A DNA stretch of 21,598 nt from Paramicrosporidium saccamoebae KSL3 (taxonomy: Eukaryota; Fungi; Cryptomycota), in NCBI GenBank assembly GCA_002794465.1, contig MTSL01000030.1:1-21598 (forward strand). Direction: 5' to 3'. The notes under the pieces were generated by a model that searched no databases, was not told the origin of the DNA, and saw nothing but the letters and a program-made list of their open reading frames with translations. This document shows, in pieces, positions 18,131 to 21,598 of the stretch. Position numbers and translations under genes: made by a program. Position 1 is the stretch's first letter. Every line of letters starts with the position of its first letter.

Positions 18131-18279
18131 TAATTGTTGATTTCGTAATTGCTGAGATTTGTCGTAATTGCCGAGGTTTGTCGTAATTGTTGAGATTGGT
18201 CTTGTCATCATTGCTGAAATTGGTCTTGTCATAATTGCTGGGACTAGTCGTATCATAACTACTGAGATTGGTCTTATTT
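18131..18279. repeat. Degenerate tandem array with changing period (15, 19, 19, 24, 24, 24, 24 bp; core TAATTGCTGAGATT)
   Basis: Units start at 18131, 18146, 18165, 18184, 18208, 18232 and 18256. The array fills the divergent gap between PIK1 and the 18290 ORF. Confidence 0.85.
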
Positions 18280-18289
18280 ATATGATCAG

Positions 18290-18757
18290 ATGTGGCGAAT
18301 ACTGGAGCAAGACATTGCTATTGGGGGTAAACAAGAAGAGTCTGGGAATTCCGTGTGGTTTGAAAAAGAGTTTTATGTTCGACATGAGCCAGATGATGAT
18401 TTGATTTGTGCCGTGCAGACTGCTGACGAGTCATCGTCCTTTGAGAACATGAAGGCAAATGTCATCTACCAACTACAGAATGGGTGGAGCCAGCTAGAGG
18501 CGCTCCGAAATGGGCTGGTGTTGTTTGTCCTTGTGTTGCTCGTGCTTGTTAGTCTGTTTCGGCTAGTAAAGTCTGAATCGATCACAGGGCGCGTGTTTTG
18601 GGGCGCATTGGGCTTGCTGGTGCTTGTTTATGCCAGTATAGATCGAATTGAGTCAGTCTCTAATAGTGTAGTCAAGAGGCGCTCTCCAATCCGAGGAATC
18701 GGCTCCTTTATTAGTCCCGTGTATGGTCGAATCTATGCCTCGCTGGATCGTGTATAA
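18290..18757 (+). CDS. Hypothetical small membrane protein with two transmembrane segments (155 aa)
   Basis: ATG-started ORF occupying a gap between genes, with hydrophobic GLVLFVLVLLVLVSLF and VFWGALGLLVLVYA segments. No family recognised. Confidence 0.55.
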   Translation: MWRILEQDIAIGGKQEESGNSVWFEKEFYVRHEPDDDLICAVQTADESSSFENMKANVIYQLQNGWSQLEALRNGLVLFVLVLLVLVSLFRLVKSESITGRVFWGALGLLVLVYASIDRIESVSNSVVKRRSPIRGIGSFISPVYGRIYASLDRV

Positions 18758-18946
18758 GGATGTGTTTCTAAATTCACGTTGGTAAAACACGGGTGCAATT
18801 GTCGCGTATTCTTTCCATCGACACTTTTAATGGGAGTGGTTGTATTAGATTCTCGACCATCTGAATGGGGTTAATTACGCTGTCCAATCACAATGAATAG
18901 ACCCATCAAGATGTAATTTACCAACTGAAGAGAGTAGCCTGGCCGT

Positions 18947-21136
18947 ATGATTAAGCTCTCCAGTGTGACGACTCTATTCTTGCTACATTTAAGCCGAGGC
19001 ACTGGCTCTGGAGTGACCAGATTTAATGAGTCTATCGAGAATGGCGCCGAGCCACAGCTGCCAAGCGGAGTTGGTAGGAATTTGAGTGTTTCTACATTGG
19101 CTGCCACATTGGTTGATACATTGGTTGCAGATATGGACGACCTGGCCCTTACTACGTCGATTAGCGATGCTGCTATACTGAATGAGACGCGTTTGAGTGT
19201 TGCTACATTGGTTGATACATTGGTTGATACATTGGCTGCAAGTATGGACAACCTGGCTCTTACTACGTCGATTAGCAATGCTGCTATACTGAATGAGACA
19301 CATGCTACTGCAGATGTCAGCCAACTAATAGAGACGGGACGCAACTTGAGTCTCACTGCACTCGAAGGCATGCTAAGGGAGAGCCGTGCACGCGCAGGCA
19401 ATGATATCGACCTCATTAAAAAGCATTATTATGACTCTGCAGTCATGATGGCCGACTGTCCCGCTCTTGAAAATGCCAAAAAGGCAGTGCAGCAGGCACT
19501 CGACACTCGATGCTATGAAGTCTTGAGATGTCTTGTGTATTTTCCGATTTGGAAGAATAAGGCGCAGGAACACTGGTTTTGGATCAAGATCTATGGGACT
19601 CTTGCCTTTAATAAGACTGTTTGGGATTGCCACCAATTTGAGTGGGATGAATACTGGAAAATGGTACTAAAAGAGGACAATGCTGAACATTATGGCGAGA
19701 TGCGTAGTGTACCGTTTATTAATAAGCTTTCCGAGGACAAGGTACGTAAGTATATCGTCAAGTTTGATGCAATTAAAATTTTCGGCCGCTTTCATCCAGG
19801 CATGGTCGATGAAATTGCATATAATGCCGACCTGGTGGCCAAATATGGGCCAAGACGTATCATTGACCATATCATTGCCACTATCCCATATTTGAATTTA
19901 GACGTTAGGCACATTGCTCCCCACACGGTAAAATCTTTCGCGACGCTCAAGTATCTCTTCCATGCCGGCTATTATCAGATCCCAAGGTGTTGCCTGGAGG
20001 ACAGTTTATTGAAGATTCCTTACAAAGGCATAAATTGGCTGGTTGAGCATAGTTGTCTACCGTTATTGGAAGAAATGTGTCGAATGAATGCAAACCCCGA
20101 GTTTGACCGGAAAATAGTAGAAGAAGCCTTTTACACGGGCAGCCTCGGCATTCTGAAATGGTTGTATAATACGGGAAGAGTACAATCTCTGGAGGAGCCA
20201 TGGGTGGGTGCTGCTGTTGAAGGAGGCCACCTTGAAGTCGTTAAATGGATTGTTTCCGAGTTTAGACTTCAGGTTGACTGGAATAGCGTGATGCAGTCGG
20301 CCGAACTCGGTCAATTTTCGTTCGAATGTGTTAAATATATCCGGGACCAGACGGAGATCGCTATACCCGCTTCCTGGATCCCAAGCTTCCTAGCAGCCGA
20401 AGGGAATCTTGATGGATTGCAAGCTCTACTTGAAGACTCTGTTGATGAGTTTCCATGGGAAAATATAGCAGATTTTGCAGCTCGCGCTGGGCATTTAAAT
20501 GTCCTTGAATGGGCTTTCACAAAGTCAGAGACTACTCCGAGCTCTGACGCTGTGGAAATGGCCTGTAAGACGGGCCAACACTCGGTTCTTGTCTGGATAT
20601 TTGGGGTTGAGCCCACCAAAATAGTCCCCTTTAATGAAGATGATAAGATTAGTGCACTAGGATGCATTCTTTATGCCGCCATGCACGGTCAACAAGAGGC
20701 CATGGAATGGATATTGGAGAACCCCCTCGAAAATGTCCTGCCGAGCATGGAGAATGCATTGCGTCTGTGGGATGAAGATATTTCTGAAGAGGCGCGGCTA
20801 AAAGTTCTTGAATGGATTGCATTCAGATCTGGAGATGAAACAAAGATTGAACCAACGGTAATGTCGCATGCTGCCAGCTTGGGCCACCTGAAACTTTTCC
20901 AGTGGTTACGTGACAAAGGACAGTCTATAACTCCTAAAGTTGCGATGCACGCTGCGATTTATCGCAGAACGGAAATCTTGGCAGCAATATACGAGATTGA
21001 TCCGTTGCTTGTGTGTAATCGGGGGATTTTTGAGTGGATGGAGATAGGCGAGGGTTCTTTACGTAAAAGGGATGCCTTGGATTGGATGCGGAAAAAGTGT
21101 CCACTACTTTTCACACAGTCTATAGATAGTCTCTAA
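18947..21136 (+). CDS. Signal-peptide-bearing protein with degenerate ankyrin-like repeats (729 aa)
   Basis: Leader MIKLSSVTTLFLLHLSRGTGS. C-terminal repeats AVEGGHLEVVKWI, AAEGNLDGLQAL, AARAGHLNVLEWA, ACKTGQHSVLVWI, AAMHGQQEAMEWI, AASLGHLKLFQWL. Confidence 0.8.
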   Translation: MIKLSSVTTLFLLHLSRGTGSGVTRFNESIENGAEPQLPSGVGRNLSVSTLAATLVDTLVADMDDLALTTSISDAAILNETRLSVATLVDTLVDTLAASMDNLALTTSISNAAILNETHATADVSQLIETGRNLSLTALEGMLRESRARAGNDIDLIKKHYYDSAVMMADCPALENAKKAVQQALDTRCYEVLRCLVYFPIWKNKAQEHWFWIKIYGTLAFNKTVWDCHQFEWDEYWKMVLKEDNAEHYGEMRSVPFINKLSEDKVRKYIVKFDAIKIFGRFHPGMVDEIAYNADLVAKYGPRRIIDHIIATIPYLNLDVRHIAPHTVKSFATLKYLFHAGYYQIPRCCLEDSLLKIPYKGINWLVEHSCLPLLEEMCRMNANPEFDRKIVEEAFYTGSLGILKWLYNTGRVQSLEEPWVGAAVEGGHLEVVKWIVSEFRLQVDWNSVMQSAELGQFSFECVKYIRDQTEIAIPASWIPSFLAAEGNLDGLQALLEDSVDEFPWENIADFAARAGHLNVLEWAFTKSETTPSSDAVEMACKTGQHSVLVWIFGVEPTKIVPFNEDDKISALGCILYAAMHGQQEAMEWILENPLENVLPSMENALRLWDEDISEEARLKVLEWIAFRSGDETKIEPTVMSHAASLGHLKLFQWLRDKGQSITPKVAMHAAIYRRTEILAAIYEIDPLLVCNRGIFEWMEIGEGSLRKRDALDWMRKKCPLLFTQSIDSL
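19082..19303 (+). repeat. Coding 111-bp (37-aa) direct tandem duplication
   Basis: LSVSTLAATLVDTLVADMDDLALTTSISDAAILNETR / LSVATLVDTLVDTLAASMDNLALTTSISNAAILNETH, starting at 19082 and 19193. It contains nested 12-bp ACATTGGTTGAT units. Confidence 0.92.
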
Positions 21137-21521
21137 GCGTGGACAGCCAATAAATAGTAAAGGAAACAAATATAGTTGCTGCTGGGTAAACTGTGCCACG
21201 CAGTTGAGTGGACGAAGAATCGTGGATATTTGAGGACAGTGAGGTGTGTATCCATACTATTCTAGGATTAGCAGTGAATGGGTTTCCGCATGACTTGGGT
21301 CGTGGATGCTGTTTAGCAGTGGTTTTATTATATGTTGGGTTCTGCTGTCGTGTGATGGCGATCCGTGCACAGTACAAAGATTTTTCAAGCGCGAATCGGC
21401 CCACGATGCGACAGCTGGGGTGACGTTTTTTAGAGTGGACAGGAAGGGAGAGATCAGAGGTGAGAATGCATGGTTGGCGGGCTTTGGCTTTTCGTCCTGG
21501 GTAAGCGACCTGCTGATCAGT

Positions 21522-21596
21522 CTACCACAGCGCGTTCCCATGGCAGTTGATAATGCGGTCGTCTGAGAAGAGTGGCGGGCAGGTCTTTTTGAGAAT
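21522..21596 (-). CDS. Possible 3' end of a gene running off the window edge
   Basis: A minus-strand frame open from the edge reads ILKKTCPPLFSDDRIINCHGNALW*, which resembles the C-terminus (MRKKCPLLFT) of the neighbouring ankyrin-like protein. The match is very short. Confidence 0.25.
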   Translation of the reverse strand: MLKKTCPPLFSDDRIINCHGNALW

Positions 21597-21598
21597 TT

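Noticed and set aside
18636-18671. Possible in-frame 36-nt intron (GTATAG...CTAAT...GTAG) in the two-TM ORF
   Set aside because: The ORF is open with or without it and there is no homolog to decide, so it was not included in the gene model.
21120-21566. Four overlapping 71-94-aa ORFs on both strands after the ankyrin-like gene
   Set aside because: They conflict with one another, several lack ATG starts, and none has a motif; treated as intergenic or UTR sequence.

Overview
Gene-dense eukaryotic DNA with fungal-like proteins, intergenic gaps as short as 4-27 nt, and 12 inferred GT-AG introns of only 29-35 nt. This profile fits a compact early-diverging fungal lineage (Rozellomycota / Paramicrosporidium-like); the taxon is inferred, not proven. 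Conserved genes are CDC73, PFA4 (DHHC palmitoyltransferase), MAK11, Ran/GSP1, ECO1, GYP1, BUD23 and PIK1, plus a probable HAM1/DUF4449-like protein. Many ORF-track fragments join into single genes once the tiny introns are spliced. The window also holds a tandem tRNA-Pro(UGG)/tRNA-Pro(AGG) pair with a 5-nt spacer, and a tandem pair of membrane-anchored thioredoxin (TMX-like) paralogs, one with two introns and one intronless. There are three signal-peptide-bearing effector-like genes: two low-complexity orphans and one ankyrin-like repeat protein. Degenerate minisatellites lie in several of the longer intergenic gaps. No CRISPR array or transposon was seen.
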